A stretch of 32,000 bases of DNA from Candidatus Helarchaeota ASGARD archaeon Hel_GB_B (GTDB taxonomy: Archaea; Asgardarchaeota; Lokiarchaeia; Helarchaeales; HEL-GB-B). The stretch is taken from NCBI GenBank assembly GCA_005191425.1, contig SUPR01000025.1, forward strand, positions 6,207-38,206. Direction: 5' to 3'. Below, piece after piece: positions 1-11,910 of the stretch. The notes below the pieces were generated by a model. That model saw nothing but the letters and a program-made list of their open reading frames with translations. It was not told the origin of the DNA and made no database searches. Numbering within the stretch: the stretch's first letter is position 1; each line of letters starts with the position of its first letter. The translations under genes and the position numbers were made by a program.

Positions 1-391
1 TAAGCGCCACATTTGCCTCAACTAATATTTGGTTCATAGAATTTAATATCTTTTTAAAATTATTCATTAAAAAACCCTCTTCCATTATAATTGCCGATGT
101 TATGGCGACTGGCTTGGCGCCCATCACTGCGACATCATTAATTGTCCCGCAAACCGCTAACTTTCCAAGATCTCCACCCGGAAAAAAAAGCGGCGTTATT
201 GTATGTGCATCGGTTGAAACAACAACTTCATAATCCTGAACTGGAATTGTCGCCCCATCATCTAGAGCTTCAAGTCCAATACCACCTTTTACAATTTTAT
301 TTTTAAAAGTGGGTACGATAATCTCATCCAATAATTGTTGCGTTAACTTTCCACCAGCTCCATGAGCCAACTCTATCTTATCAAATTCCAT
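1..391 (-). CDS. hypE: Hydrogenase maturation protein HypE (N-terminal part; runs off the window edge)
   Basis: Manual translation from ATG at 391: MEFDKIELAHGAGGKLTQQLL...LDDGATI...STDAHTITPLFFPGGDLGKLAVCGTINDVAVMGAKP. These are the HypE signatures (HGAGG, DDGA, PLFFPGGDxGKLAVCGTxND). Open to the window edge; absent from the ORF track. Confidence 0.95.
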   Translation of the reverse strand, partial: MEFDKIELAHGAGGKLTQQLLDEIIVPTFKNKIVKGGIGLEALDDGATIPVQDYEVVVSTDAHTITPLFFPGGDLGKLAVCGTINDVAVMGAKPVAITSAIIMEEGFLMNNFKKILNSMNQILVEANVAL

Positions 392-833
392 ATATGTCAG
401 ACCTTAAAATCATAAAAAATCAATTAAAATGAAAATAATATAGAAGAATTAGAATAAAAACTTTTTATCCAGTTTTATTATTTTTTGAAATTAATATTAA
501 TTAAAGAATTTTATAGCAATTAAGTTGTAATTTAAAAAGAATTATGATTGACAAATCATTATATTAATTATTTTTACTCGTGAAATCTCTTTTTAAGTTA
601 ATAAATTAATAACTCTTAATATTTTACTAAAAATATAAATTATGTTCGATATTCAAATATAAACTTTAAAATATCCTCAATAATTTATGCCAAATTTCTG
701 CTTTTTTAATGGTAACTTTAAATATTATATTATATTTTATTTGACTTTAAATAAAATTTATAAAATGAATTTATTAATATCTCTATTACAAAAAAGTAAT
801 AACAATTATTGAAATTATCTTGGTGAATTTAAT

Positions 834-1721
834 TTGGTTAAAAAACAATTCTATTTACTTATTCTGTGCTTTATTCTTATAATTACATTATTTATTTCAA
901 TAATTGTTCTTGGAATAATTTCTGATATATCTCATCTGCCACTTATTCCTATACAATATATTTTTGATTTTATAAAAATTTTACCAGGACCTATTTATAC
1001 TGATATTTTTTTATTATTTTTCATCTCTATTGGCTTTTACTTTTTAAATCATCTGCTTTATCCCTATTATATTAAAATATGGTATTATTTTCATAAAATT
1101 TATAGAAGAAAATCAAAATACGGATTTATGGTGATTGGAAAAAAGGTATCCTTTTATAAACTCTTTATAAGAGCATTTTATATGGGATTATTCGCGTTTA
1201 GCATTACAACACTCATTTCAAGTTTCTCGGGGGACTATTTTTTCAGGGCTGGTTTACCATTGCCTGGTCTATCAGCTCTTTTCGTTTGTGAAGATATTTT
1301 TCTAGGGACATTTCTAATTTGTCCAATTACTATTCTTATTTTCTTTCCTATTTTTCAAATGGAGGATTCAGGTTTTATAACATACAGACATCTGCCCAAT
1401 TATATGCGGACTCCAGAAATTGAGGGTGTTCATGCTCTTTTATATAGATTATTGAAAGGTTATTCCGGACTTTCAACTATAATTACATTGATATACTATA
1501 TTTACGCCGCTTTTGAAGCTGTAGACTGGAATTTCGGTAACCCTGCAATTCTAACTCCATTAATATTGATCGGGCTACCGTTTCTTATGATTGGTCTGTT
1601 ATTTATTCCTTTTTTGCTTTATGATAAATATATTGAAAAAAATTCAGAACGATTACGCAAGAAATTTAAAAAACTTCCCTCAGTTATTGTCCCAAATTTT
1701 GATGATATCATTAGCAAATAA
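834..1721 (+). CDS. Hypothetical multi-pass membrane protein
   Basis: 295 aa with about 6 hydrophobic segments. TTG start preceded by a GGTGA Shine-Dalgarno-like motif. No family recognised. Confidence 0.75.
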   Translation: MVKKQFYLLILCFILIITLFISIIVLGIISDISHLPLIPIQYIFDFIKILPGPIYTDIFLLFFISIGFYFLNHLLYPYYIKIWYYFHKIYRRKSKYGFMVIGKKVSFYKLFIRAFYMGLFAFSITTLISSFSGDYFFRAGLPLPGLSALFVCEDIFLGTFLICPITILIFFPIFQMEDSGFITYRHLPNYMRTPEIEGVHALLYRLLKGYSGLSTIITLIYYIYAAFEAVDWNFGNPAILTPLILIGLPFLMIGLLFIPFLLYDKYIEKNSERLRKKFKKLPSVIVPNFDDIISK

Positions 1722-1969
1722 AACTACAAGTATAAAAACAAACGGATTAATAATAAAAGTTAATATCATAACTGGAATAAGTATTAAACGTCTAAAAGAG
1801 TCAAATATAAAAACTAATAATTTGTATGTCTTTAGAATAAATTTTTTAAAGTAAACGAATAAGAATAATCATTAACTTTTTATATGATTTTTCAATTCAC
1901 ATAATAATAAATAATTAAATATAATTTACAAAATATACAAAATAAATAGAACAAGATATGGTGTAATAA

Positions 1970-2353
1970 ATGTCATATTGGCAAGGTAGATCAAAAAGAA
2001 AACCAAGTGGCGGTCGTTTAAAAAAACGGTGCAAGAAAAGAAAATATGAAATGGGCAATCCACCTACAGAAACTATTATTGGCCCACCTACTAAAAAATT
2101 TGTACGTGGTAGAAGTGGTATCATAAAGATTAGGCTAAAAAAAATTGATACAGCAAATGTAACCGATAAAAATACTGGAGTCACAAAAAAGGTCAAAATT
2201 TTAAAAGTTATCGAAAATCCAGCCAATGTCGAGTATACAAGAAGAAGAATAATAACAAAAGGTGCAATAATTGAAACTGAATTAGGCATAGCAAAAGTAA
2301 CAAGTAAAATAAATCAAGTAGGTATAGTCAACGCCGTGCTAATTAATGAATAA
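1970..2353 (+). CDS. rps8e: 30S ribosomal protein S8e
   Basis: WQGRSKRKPSGGR N-terminus; KKRKYEMG; ENPANVEYTRRRIITKGAIIETELG; NQVGIVNAVL C-terminus. Confidence 0.98.
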   Translation: MSYWQGRSKRKPSGGRLKKRCKKRKYEMGNPPTETIIGPPTKKFVRGRSGIIKIRLKKIDTANVTDKNTGVTKKVKILKVIENPANVEYTRRRIITKGAIIETELGIAKVTSKINQVGIVNAVLINE

Positions 2354-2389
2354 TTGAATATAGTTAAAAAATATTTAATATAGAAATGT

Positions 2390-2767
2390 TTATGTTTCGA
2401 CCCTGATATTTTTAATATTTAATTCGTGTCCTCCTATTATTTCTAAATCTCTTTCTCCACATTTTGGACACTGCGATAGACTTAATTCCATCATCAATGT
2501 ATCTCCTGAAGATTCTAAATTTAATACGCCTTTATATTTACATTTAGGGCAGAAAACTTTTGCATTTACATGTGTAATTCTAATGTTTGCTCCCTCAGCG
2601 ATTGTTCCCTTAGATGCAATATCAAACGAAAATTTAAGTTGTTCTGGTACCAAAAATGTCAAATCTCCAATTTCTAAGTGCACTTCTGTTATTTTTTTTG
2701 CACCATTTTGTAAGCCTACTCTAGTAATTGTCCTAACAATTTGTTGAGCTGTAGCAAATTCATGCAT
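2390..2767 (-). CDS. hypA: Hydrogenase nickel incorporation protein HypA
   Basis: MHE Ni-binding N-terminus, two CxxC zinc motifs (CPKC, CPKC), and a GGHELNIKNI C-terminus. Confidence 0.96.
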   Translation of the reverse strand: MHEFATAQQIVRTITRVGLQNGAKKITEVHLEIGDLTFLVPEQLKFSFDIASKGTIAEGANIRITHVNAKVFCPKCKYKGVLNLESSGDTLMMELSLSQCPKCGERDLEIIGGHELNIKNIRVET

Positions 2768-2996
2768 ATTAATCAGTTAATTTCATTTATAATTTAAAGA
2801 AAAACTTTTGGGCTAAATTTTATATGGATAAAATTAAATTTACTTAATAAATTAATCTCGTCAATTAATTATAATCCAGCCCAATAAATAATATTTAGGC
2901 AAATAATTCATAAAATATTGATCAAATGAAATCAAAGTAATTGAAGTTATACTGGACATTTTTACTTAAATTACTTGATATATTTCCCATAAAAAT

Positions 2997-3311
2997 ATGA
3001 TAAAAATGAAAAATAAAGGATTTTATATTATATGGCCCCAATATTTTGATTCAAGGCTTACTAGAAAAGAGGGCAGGAGAGTAAATAAGAAATCTCTTGC
3101 TGTAAAAAAGCCTAATATAAAAGATCTCATAGAAGCAGCACAATCTCTAGGCTTTGAATTTAAAATTAATCCTGAAGCTTTATATCCCCGCTTCTGGTAC
3201 ATGGGTAATTCAGGATATCTATTAATAAAAATTGATAAAAATTATAATAAAACTGATATAATAAAAAAAATTGCTTTAAAATTAAAAAAATTAAAGAAAA
3301 AAGAACGATGA
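2997..3311 (+). CDS. srp19: Signal recognition particle 19 kDa protein
   Basis: IIWPQYFDSRLTRKEGRRV, A..P...L..AA..LG and YPRFW motifs. Start may be the second ATG at 3006. Confidence 0.95.
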   Translation: MIKMKNKGFYIIWPQYFDSRLTRKEGRRVNKKSLAVKKPNIKDLIEAAQSLGFEFKINPEALYPRFWYMGNSGYLLIKIDKNYNKTDIIKKIALKLKKLKKKER

Positions 3312-3318
3312 CCTTTTA

Positions 3319-3355
3319 ATTAATTAGAAAGATTTTAATTTTTTTTCTAATTAAT
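3319..3355. repeat. 12-bp perfect inverted repeat (ATTAATTAGAAA-N13-TTTCTAATTAAT); possible operator or terminator
   Basis: Arms at 3319-3330 and 3344-3355, between the srp19 stop (3311) and a TATA-like TTTATATT at about 3363 upstream of the 3425 ORF. Confidence 0.45.
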
Positions 3356-3424
3356 CCTCTAGCTTTATATTAAATCAATATAATAATAAAATTTTAAATA
3401 TTTTGGAGTGTTTAATAATTAAAT

Positions 3425-3715
3425 ATGGGTTCAGATATTTTAAAAAAAAGAAATTATTCCCGAAATGAACTATTTTTAATTAGAAAAGAAAAATTAATAT
3501 CTGCAATTATATCAGCAAAAAAAATACTAAAGGCTTCAGAACCACTTGAGATAGCAGATGAATTTTTTCATAATAGTTTTAAATTAATGGAGAAAATATA
3601 TCACATTAAATATCCAAATATGAATCAAGAAGAAATCCAACAAATAATAAAGAATAATTTACAACTATCGTATAGACTTAAGCACTTAAGAAAACGAGGG
3701 ATAAATTCATGGTAG
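3425..3715 (+). CDS. Small helical protein, putative MenA1 (Rv0078B)-like antitoxin
   Basis: 96 aa. Its stop overlaps the next start by 7 nt (ATGGTAG). The segment IADEFF...KYPNMNQEEIQQII resembles the MenA1-type antitoxin pattern as recalled. Confidence 0.6.
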   Translation: MGSDILKKRNYSRNELFLIRKEKLISAIISAKKILKASEPLEIADEFFHNSFKLMEKIYHIKYPNMNQEEIQQIIKNNLQLSYRLKHLRKRGINSW

Positions 3716-4290
3716 AGTTAGAAAAAATTCTATCGCGTCTGGTTAAAATTTTCAATTCCATTAATATAAAATATGTTATTGTTGGGGGAATAGCAATTAT
3801 TCATTATGGTCATTTAAGAACTACTCAAGATATAGATCTTATTCTTGAAGATAACAAAAAATATTTCCCAAAGCTATTAGGTCTTTTTAAAAAAAACAAT
3901 TTTGATGTTAATGATGCTGATTTTTATCGAGCATATCAAGAAAAGACCCATATAACAATTTTTGATAATAAAAGCTATTATAGATTAGATATTAAAATTG
4001 CATCAAAAAATATAGATTATGACGTGTTAAATAATGCTATTAAAGAACAAATTTTTAATTTTAACTTAAATTTTGCTCCTTTAGAATATGTCTTAATAGG
4101 TAAATTATTATATATTGGGAATATTGATGATATTCCAGATTCTGAGCTTTTAGAATATCAAGATATCTTAGATTTTTTAGTATTATATCATGCAAATAGA
4201 AATAGAATTAATGATGATTTTTTAATGAAAAAAGTAGTAGAAATTAATTTAGGACCAACCTTAAAGAGACTAATTTCATTTAAATTCTGA
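3709..4290 (+). CDS. Nucleotidyltransferase, MenT1/AbiEii-like putative toxin
   Basis: VIVGGIAIIHYGHLRTTQDIDL motif (GG..A...R.T.D.D), a central LDI strand and a C-terminal LIGKL...QDILDF motif. Confidence 0.8.
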   Translation: MVELEKILSRLVKIFNSINIKYVIVGGIAIIHYGHLRTTQDIDLILEDNKKYFPKLLGLFKKNNFDVNDADFYRAYQEKTHITIFDNKSYYRLDIKIASKNIDYDVLNNAIKEQIFNFNLNFAPLEYVLIGKLLYIGNIDDIPDSELLEYQDILDFLVLYHANRNRINDDFLMKKVVEINLGPTLKRLISFKF

Positions 4291-4727
4291 TTATACAATT
4301 AAAAAAAAGTAGAAAAAGAAATTTGAATTTATTAAAAGCAATCAAATTAAATAATAAATCCCAAAATATAAAGAATGTCAGAAACTATTAATATTAAAGA
4401 CGCAGATTAATAAAAAAACCAACGGAAAATGAGAAAATTCAAACTTTTTTATAATATATTTCTCTTTATGGTATGAAAATTCATAATTTATTAAAAAATT
4501 AAATTCGAACTCTAGAAACCAAAATTAAAAAAGACTTTATAAACAAATAAAAAAATCGAAAAATCTTTAAAAACTAAATCAAAAATATCAAATCTATTTC
4601 TTATGTAATAAAATTCTAGATTATTTATAAAAGTTTATAAAGTATCCAAAAACTTATAAACATTTTTTAGTAAATAATTATAAGAAAAAAGCTAAGGGTA
4701 CTATATAATTGTAAGGGAGTCCTTTTT

Positions 4728-4979
4728 TTGAAAAGATTAGGAAAAGTATTACATATTATGAATAATAAGAAAATAGCAATTGTGCATTGTGATAAAATTT
4801 ATAATAAAATAATTGGAAAAAAGGTAGTAGATGAAAAAGTTATGAATATTGGCACTGTTTATGATATTTTTGGTCCAGTACAAAATCCATATATAGTAAT
4901 AAAATTAAATGAAAAACAAAAAAATGCGGATAAACTTCCAGGTAAATTATTATACATATATACAAAAAGAAAAAGGTAA
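4728..4979 (+). CDS. gar1: H/ACA RNP protein Gar1/Naf1 (archaeal type)
   Basis: MKRLGKVLH N-terminus and IGTVYDIFGPVQNPYIVIK motif; directly upstream of tfb. TTG start after GGGAG. Confidence 0.92.
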   Translation: MKRLGKVLHIMNNKKIAIVHCDKIYNKIIGKKVVDEKVMNIGTVYDIFGPVQNPYIVIKLNEKQKNADKLPGKLLYIYTKRKR

Positions 4980-4986
4980 TAGTTAA

Positions 4987-5922
4987 ATGACGAATTTAGA
5001 TAAAAAAACTGATGAAATTCCGTATTATTGTAGTGAATGTGGTGGGCGGATTATTCAAAATTATCGGGAAGCAGAGTTAACGTGTAGTAATTGTGGACTG
5101 GTGATCAGAACACAAATATTTTTAAAAGGCCCAGAATGGCGAGAATTTGATACTGAACAAAAAGAGAAGAGATGTCGAGTAGGTGATCCCTTTACATGTA
5201 CTATACATGATTATGGCCTTGCAACAATTATTAGTGAAAAAAATAGAGATTATTTAGGACGTGTTTTATCTCAAAAATATAATTCACAGATCTATCGTCT
5301 CCGAAAACTAGATAAACAATACAGATATACAAATTCTAGTCAAAAAAGTATGATGAAAGCTTTTACAGAACTTGAACGATTAGAGTCATCGATTAATTTA
5401 CCAATATCAAGAAAAATTAAAGAAGAGGCAGCAATTTTATATAGAAAATTGCTTGAAAAAGGGTTAACTAAAGGTCGTTCAATTGATTTAATAATAACAA
5501 CAATTTTATATATTACATGCCGTCAAAATGGTCTACCAATTACTCTTAAGGATATTTGTCAAAACTCAAAATTTAGTGAAAAATCAATAAATAGGATGTA
5601 TAGATTTATTTGTAAAGAATTGAAATTAGAAATTTTACCTGTAAACCCAATTAATTTCATTTCTAGATTTGCTTCTGCTTTGGACGTAAGTATTGAAGTC
5701 CAAAAACTAGCAATTGATATTATAAATAAAGCAATAAAAATGGGGATTAGTTCTGGAAGGGGACAGATGGGCTTAATTGCTGGAGCTTTGTATATTGCTT
5801 GTATTTTAAAGGACCAACATAGATCTCAAAAAAAGATCGCATCAATTGTTAATGTAACTGAAGTTACGATTAGAAATAGATATAAAGAACTAGTAAAAAA
5901 ACTTAATATAGAATTACCGTAG
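4987..5922 (+). CDS. tfb: Transcription initiation factor IIB (TFB)
   Basis: Zn ribbon CSEC...CSNCG, B-reader GPEWREFD, two cyclin repeats, VTEVTIRNRYKEL C-terminus. Confidence 0.97.
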   Translation: MTNLDKKTDEIPYYCSECGGRIIQNYREAELTCSNCGLVIRTQIFLKGPEWREFDTEQKEKRCRVGDPFTCTIHDYGLATIISEKNRDYLGRVLSQKYNSQIYRLRKLDKQYRYTNSSQKSMMKAFTELERLESSINLPISRKIKEEAAILYRKLLEKGLTKGRSIDLIITTILYITCRQNGLPITLKDICQNSKFSEKSINRMYRFICKELKLEILPVNPINFISRFASALDVSIEVQKLAIDIINKAIKMGISSGRGQMGLIAGALYIACILKDQHRSQKKIASIVNVTEVTIRNRYKELVKKLNIELP

Positions 5923-5935
5923 GTTTTGAATTGTT

Positions 5936-6298
5936 TTAGCCTTTTTTAGAAACTGATTCTTCCATCCACGCCAATAAATCTTTACAGGTAATAATCTTGT
6001 CGATACCACATATTTCAAGGTTGCTGCATAAAAAGCATGGACAATTATCTAGAGTATCCCATTCTATTTTTTCAGGCTCTTTTTTTGTATAATAAAGCCG
6101 ATAGGTCCATCTTCCTTTATTTAATTCTTTTTCTCTCCTTATTAATCCATCTTCTTCCAACTTTACGGCTATTCGAGATCCGAGTCGGCTTGTTGCCCCT
6201 AAAAACTTCCACAATTCAGACTGTAATACTCCTTTTGCTCCATATTCCTTAATAAATTCTAATGCTTTAAGTTCTTGAGGGTCTATCATTTTTATCAA
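5936..6298 (-). CDS. tfeB: Transcription factor TFE-beta (RPC34/RPC39-like): winged helix plus Fe-S cysteine cluster
   Basis: N-terminal wHTH (GVLQSELWK.LG..SR.GSRI..KLE..GLIRRE) and C-terminal PC-x2-C-x5-C-x7-C..L..W (CPCFLCSNLEICGIDKIITCKDLLAW). Adjacent and convergent to gar1-tfb. Confidence 0.8.
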   Translation of the reverse strand: MIKMIDPQELKALEFIKEYGAKGVLQSELWKFLGATSRLGSRIAVKLEEDGLIRREKELNKGRWTYRLYYTKKEPEKIEWDTLDNCPCFLCSNLEICGIDKIITCKDLLAWMEESVSKKG

Positions 6299-6351
6299 GC
6301 TAACTCCTATCAGTGAATTTATTATATGTACAAAAAAATATTAAATTTTTT

Positions 6352-6963
6352 TCATTCAATTTTTATAAAATTTTTACATATTAAATACATTTCACGACTT
6401 GTATCTAAACTTGCTTTTGGTTTAGTAAACCGCACAAATTTAAAATATAATTTGAATTCTTTTTTAATATTATTTATATTTGAACCTTGAAAAACTTTGC
6501 TAATAAAGTGACCATCTTTCTTTAAAAATGGTTTTACAATATACTCAAAGGCGCACTTTATCAAATAATTTTGCCGTTCTACATCTAGGTTAGAAATGCC
6601 ACTAGTATGCATAGAGCAATCGGAAATGATTAAATCAGCTTTATTAGGAAGTAATGGTCCTATTTTTTTAGTAATTTCCGGGCTTGTAATATTAAATTTT
6701 AAAAATTTTACATTTCCTGGAATAGGTCTTATATCGTTAATATCTATTCCCAGTATCAATATATTTTTACCTTTTATTGATTGAATTGCTTGTATCCAAC
6801 TTCCAGGAGCACAGCAAATATCTATTACAATTGATATATTCCTTAAGAATTTATATTTTTGATTTAATTGTAATAATTTATAAGCTGCTCTAGATCTATA
6901 TTTTTCTCGTTTAGATCTTCTATAATATATGTCTTTTTTCCTTTTATTTATCCAATTTGACAT
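6352..6963 (-). CDS. rlmE: 23S rRNA 2'-O-methyltransferase RlmE/FtsJ family
   Basis: YRSRAAYKL, SAM motif DICCAPGSW, K-D-K-E tetrad motifs (AYKL, ISDC, SKVF, SREMY). Confidence 0.93.
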   Translation of the reverse strand: MSNWINKRKKDIYYRRSKREKYRSRAAYKLLQLNQKYKFLRNISIVIDICCAPGSWIQAIQSIKGKNILILGIDINDIRPIPGNVKFLKFNITSPEITKKIGPLLPNKADLIISDCSMHTSGISNLDVERQNYLIKCAFEYIVKPFLKKDGHFISKVFQGSNINNIKKEFKLYFKFVRFTKPKASLDTSREMYLICKNFIKIE

Positions 6964-7253
6964 TTTTAATACTGAACTTTTTTTGTTAATAATTTATAAA
7001 ATTCACAATAATAATATAATCTATTATAGTTGATAATAATTTCATAAAATGGTTTATAATTGAAGTTAATTTTGATTTTTTTATTTTCAAATTTTATTAT
7101 ACTTTAATAATTAAACCTATTTGATATTAATTATATCAATATAAAACATTAGCAATTTTTTCCCAATTTAATTATTTTTGTCCAAATTTTATTACAAAAA
7201 ATTCAAATATTTCAATGCATTTTGTTTTTATAGAAATTGATAAATATAATTAA

Positions 7254-9245
<1,992 letters not shown>

Positions 9246-9253
9246 AATAATAA

Positions 9254-11872
9254 ATGGATTTGTTAATTTTGAGAGAAGGTAAAATACTAAATGTAAAAGC
9301 TATCACTGAGGAAATGAAAGATGCCTATATGGACTACTCAATGTCTGTAATAATTGGAAGGGCACTACCTGATGTGAGGGATGGGTTAAAACCAGTGCAT
9401 CGCAGGATACTTTATGCTATGCATGAAATTGGTATGACTAATTTCAAAAAATCGGCTAGAATTGTAGGAGCAGTATTGGGTCAATATCATCCCCATGGTG
9501 ATACCGCAATTTATGATGCTGTAGTAAGAATGACTCAAGATTTTTCATTACGGTATCCCCTAATTGATGGTCAAGGAAATTTCGGGAGTATCGATGGTGA
9601 TACTGCTGCAGCAATGAGATATACCGAAGCCCGACTATCCGCTATTTCTAAAGAAATGCTTGAAGATATTGATAAAGATACAATTGATATGACTCCTAAT
9701 TTCGATGATACACTAAAAGAACCTACCGTTTTACCAGCAAAAGTACCTAATCTACTAATTAATGGCGCGTCCGGTATTGCAGTGGGAATGGCTACTAATA
9801 TACCACCTCATAACCTCTCAGAAGTCATTAATGGTATTATCGCAACAATTAACAACCCAGATATTACCAATGATGAACTTATGGAATATATTAAAGGGCC
9901 TGATTTTCCAACTGGTGGCGTGATTAAAGGTATTAAAGGTATTAGAGATGCCTATAATCAAGGAAAAGGTAAAATATTTATCCAAGGACAATATTTTGTT
10001 GAAAATTTTAAGGGCGGCGATAGAAAGAGAATCATCATTACCGAAATTCCTTATATGGTTAATAAATCCAAACTAATTGAAAAAATAGCTGAATTGGTAA
10101 TCAATAAGAAAATTACGGGAATTTCGGATATAAGAGATGAATCCGACCGCAATGGTATGCGAATTGTTATTGAATTAAAATCAGGTGTGAATCCTGATAT
10201 TGTTATCAATAATTTATATACTCATACGAATCTTCGTACTACTTTCGGTGTTATTAATCTCGTTTTAGTGAAGTCGAATGACGGGAAATTGGTACCCAGA
10301 ATTTTAAAACTTAATGAACTTATTAAGGAATATATTAAACATCGAGTAGAAGTAATTGAACGGAGAACAAAATATGAGAAAAATAAAGCTGAAAAAAGAA
10401 TTCACACATTAGAAGGTCTAATTTTTGCAATTAATCATATCGATAGAGTAATTGAAATCTTAAAGAGCTCGCCTTCAACGGAAGCTGCACGTATTTCATT
10501 AAAATCAATTAAAGGTGTAGGTCAAACTGAATTAACTGATAAGCAAATTAATGCAATTTTTGATATGCGACTTCAACAATTAATTAAACTTGAAAAAGAT
10601 AAATTGATTAATGAATTAAATGATTTAAAAAAGAAAGTAAAGGAATTTAATATAATTCTGACCAGTGAAGATAAATTAAATGAAGTTATTATCAAGGAAT
10701 TAAAGGAATTAGATAAAAAATATGGTGATAAAAGACGGACAGAAATAGATATTGAAGACTATTTTATAGAAAGCCCGGGCGAATTAATACCTGAAGAAAA
10801 AGTAGTATTTCTGTTGACGAGAGAAGGTTATGTTAAAAGTATTTCTATAGAAAGCTATAAAAGCCAGAAAAGAGGGGGAAAAGGAATGACTGCAATGAAA
10901 ATTGGGGATGAAGACGAAATTAACGAAATATTTGCATGCTCAAACCATGATAAAATGTTTTTCTTTACTAATAAAGGCAAAGTCTTTAGTATTAATGTCT
11001 ATGAAATTCCACCTTCTAAAAAAAGAATGACAAAGGGGATCATCGTCAATAAATTAGTCCATCTTGATAAAGATGAAAAAATTAATGCCGTATTACCAGT
11101 AAAAGAAGAAGATTTCAATGAAGATTATTATCTGACGATTGCCACAAAATTTGGTCTAATTAAAAAGACTGAAATTAAAAAATTAAAAAATATAAGACAA
11201 AATGGAATAATTATCATTACATTAAAAGAGGGGGATGACTTAATCGATGTAAAAATGACTAACGGCGAAAATGATATTATACTTGGCACAAAAAATGGCT
11301 TTGTAATCCGGTTTAATGAATCTGAAGTCCGCCCTACTGGTAGAACATCTCAAGGTGTAATTGGAATTGACCTTAGACCTGGCGATGAAGTCATTGAAAT
11401 GGCTATTGTTAATAACTTAGGTTCCTTATTAACTATTACCTCTACAGGATTTGGAAAGAGGACAACATTTAAAAAATATAATAGGATTCATAGGGGCGGA
11501 AAAGGAGTTTTTAATATCCAACTACGGTCTAAAAATGAAGAAGTCGTCTCAATTAAAACTGTAAATCAGAACGATGAAATAATGTTAATGACTTATTATG
11601 GCAATATTATACGAATTCCTGTTTCTGATATTAGAATAATTGGTCGAAGGACCCATGGAGTAACACTTATTCGATTTAACAAAGAAAATGAAAAAGAAAG
11701 AGTAGTAGCTGTTGCTAAAATTGATGAAAGTTTAATTTCAAAAGTCGAAAACATGGAAAAAAGAAATTTTGGACAAAATGAATTGGAAACCGAATTAGAT
11801 GAAGATTATAATCTTGAATTTTATAGCGATACCAATGATGAAAATAATTCTAATATAGGTCAAAAAGATTAA
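9254..11872 (+). CDS. gyrA: DNA gyrase subunit A
   Basis: [21 protein letters not shown], catalytic AAMRYTE, GyrA-box QKRGGKG, beta-pinwheel repeats and an acidic tail. Confidence 0.98.
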   Translation: MDLLILREGKILNVKAITEEMKDAYMDYSMSVIIGRALPDVRDGLKPVHRRILYAMHEIGMTNFKKSARIVGAVLGQYHPHGDTAIYDAVVRMTQDFSLRYPLIDGQGNFGSIDGDTAAAMRYTEARLSAISKEMLEDIDKDTIDMTPNFDDTLKEPTVLPAKVPNLLINGASGIAVGMATNIPPHNLSEVINGIIATINNPDITNDELMEYIKGPDFPTGGVIKGIKGIRDAYNQGKGKIFIQGQYFVENFKGGDRKRIIITEIPYMVNKSKLIEKIAELVINKKITGISDIRDESDRNGMRIVIELKSGVNPDIVINNLYTHTNLRTTFGVINLVLVKSNDGKLVPRILKLNELIKEYIKHRVEVIERRTKYEKNKAEKRIHTLEGLIFAINHIDRVIEILKSSPSTEAARISLKSIKGVGQTELTDKQINAIFDMRLQQLIKLEKDKLINELNDLKKKVKEFNIILTSEDKLNEVIIKELKELDKKYGDKRRTEIDIEDYFIESPGELIPEEKVVFLLTREGYVKSISIESYKSQKRGGKGMTAMKIGDEDEINEIFACSNHDKMFFFTNKGKVFSINVYEIPPSKKRMTKGIIVNKLVHLDKDEKINAVLPVKEEDFNEDYYLTIATKFGLIKKTEIKKLKNIRQNGIIIITLKEGDDLIDVKMTNGENDIILGTKNGFVIRFNESEVRPTGRTSQGVIGIDLRPGDEVIEMAIVNNLGSLLTITSTGFGKRTTFKKYNRIHRGGKGVFNIQLRSKNEEVVSIKTVNQNDEIMLMTYYGNIIRIPVSDIRIIGRRTHGVTLIRFNKENEKERVVAVAKIDESLISKVENMEKRNFGQNELETELDEDYNLEFYSDTNDENNSNIGQKD

Positions 11873-11910
11873 ATTCAAATATTTTATAATCCACCTATTC
11901 CTTGAATTAA

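Noticed and set aside
1591-2289. ORFs 1591-1854 (+) and 1915-2289 (-)
   Set aside because: They overlap better-supported genes (membrane protein 3' end, rps8e) and have no motifs. Treated as shadow ORFs.
2768-2996. Possible SRP (7S) RNA gene next to srp19
   Set aside because: The spacer is too AT-rich and short, with no GC-rich helices.
4536-4660. Cluster of TTTATAAA-like TATA boxes upstream of gar1-tfb (4536, 4624, 4634, 4653)
   Set aside because: The region is extremely AT-rich, so this is hard to distinguish from chance. I cannot say which, if any, is functional.
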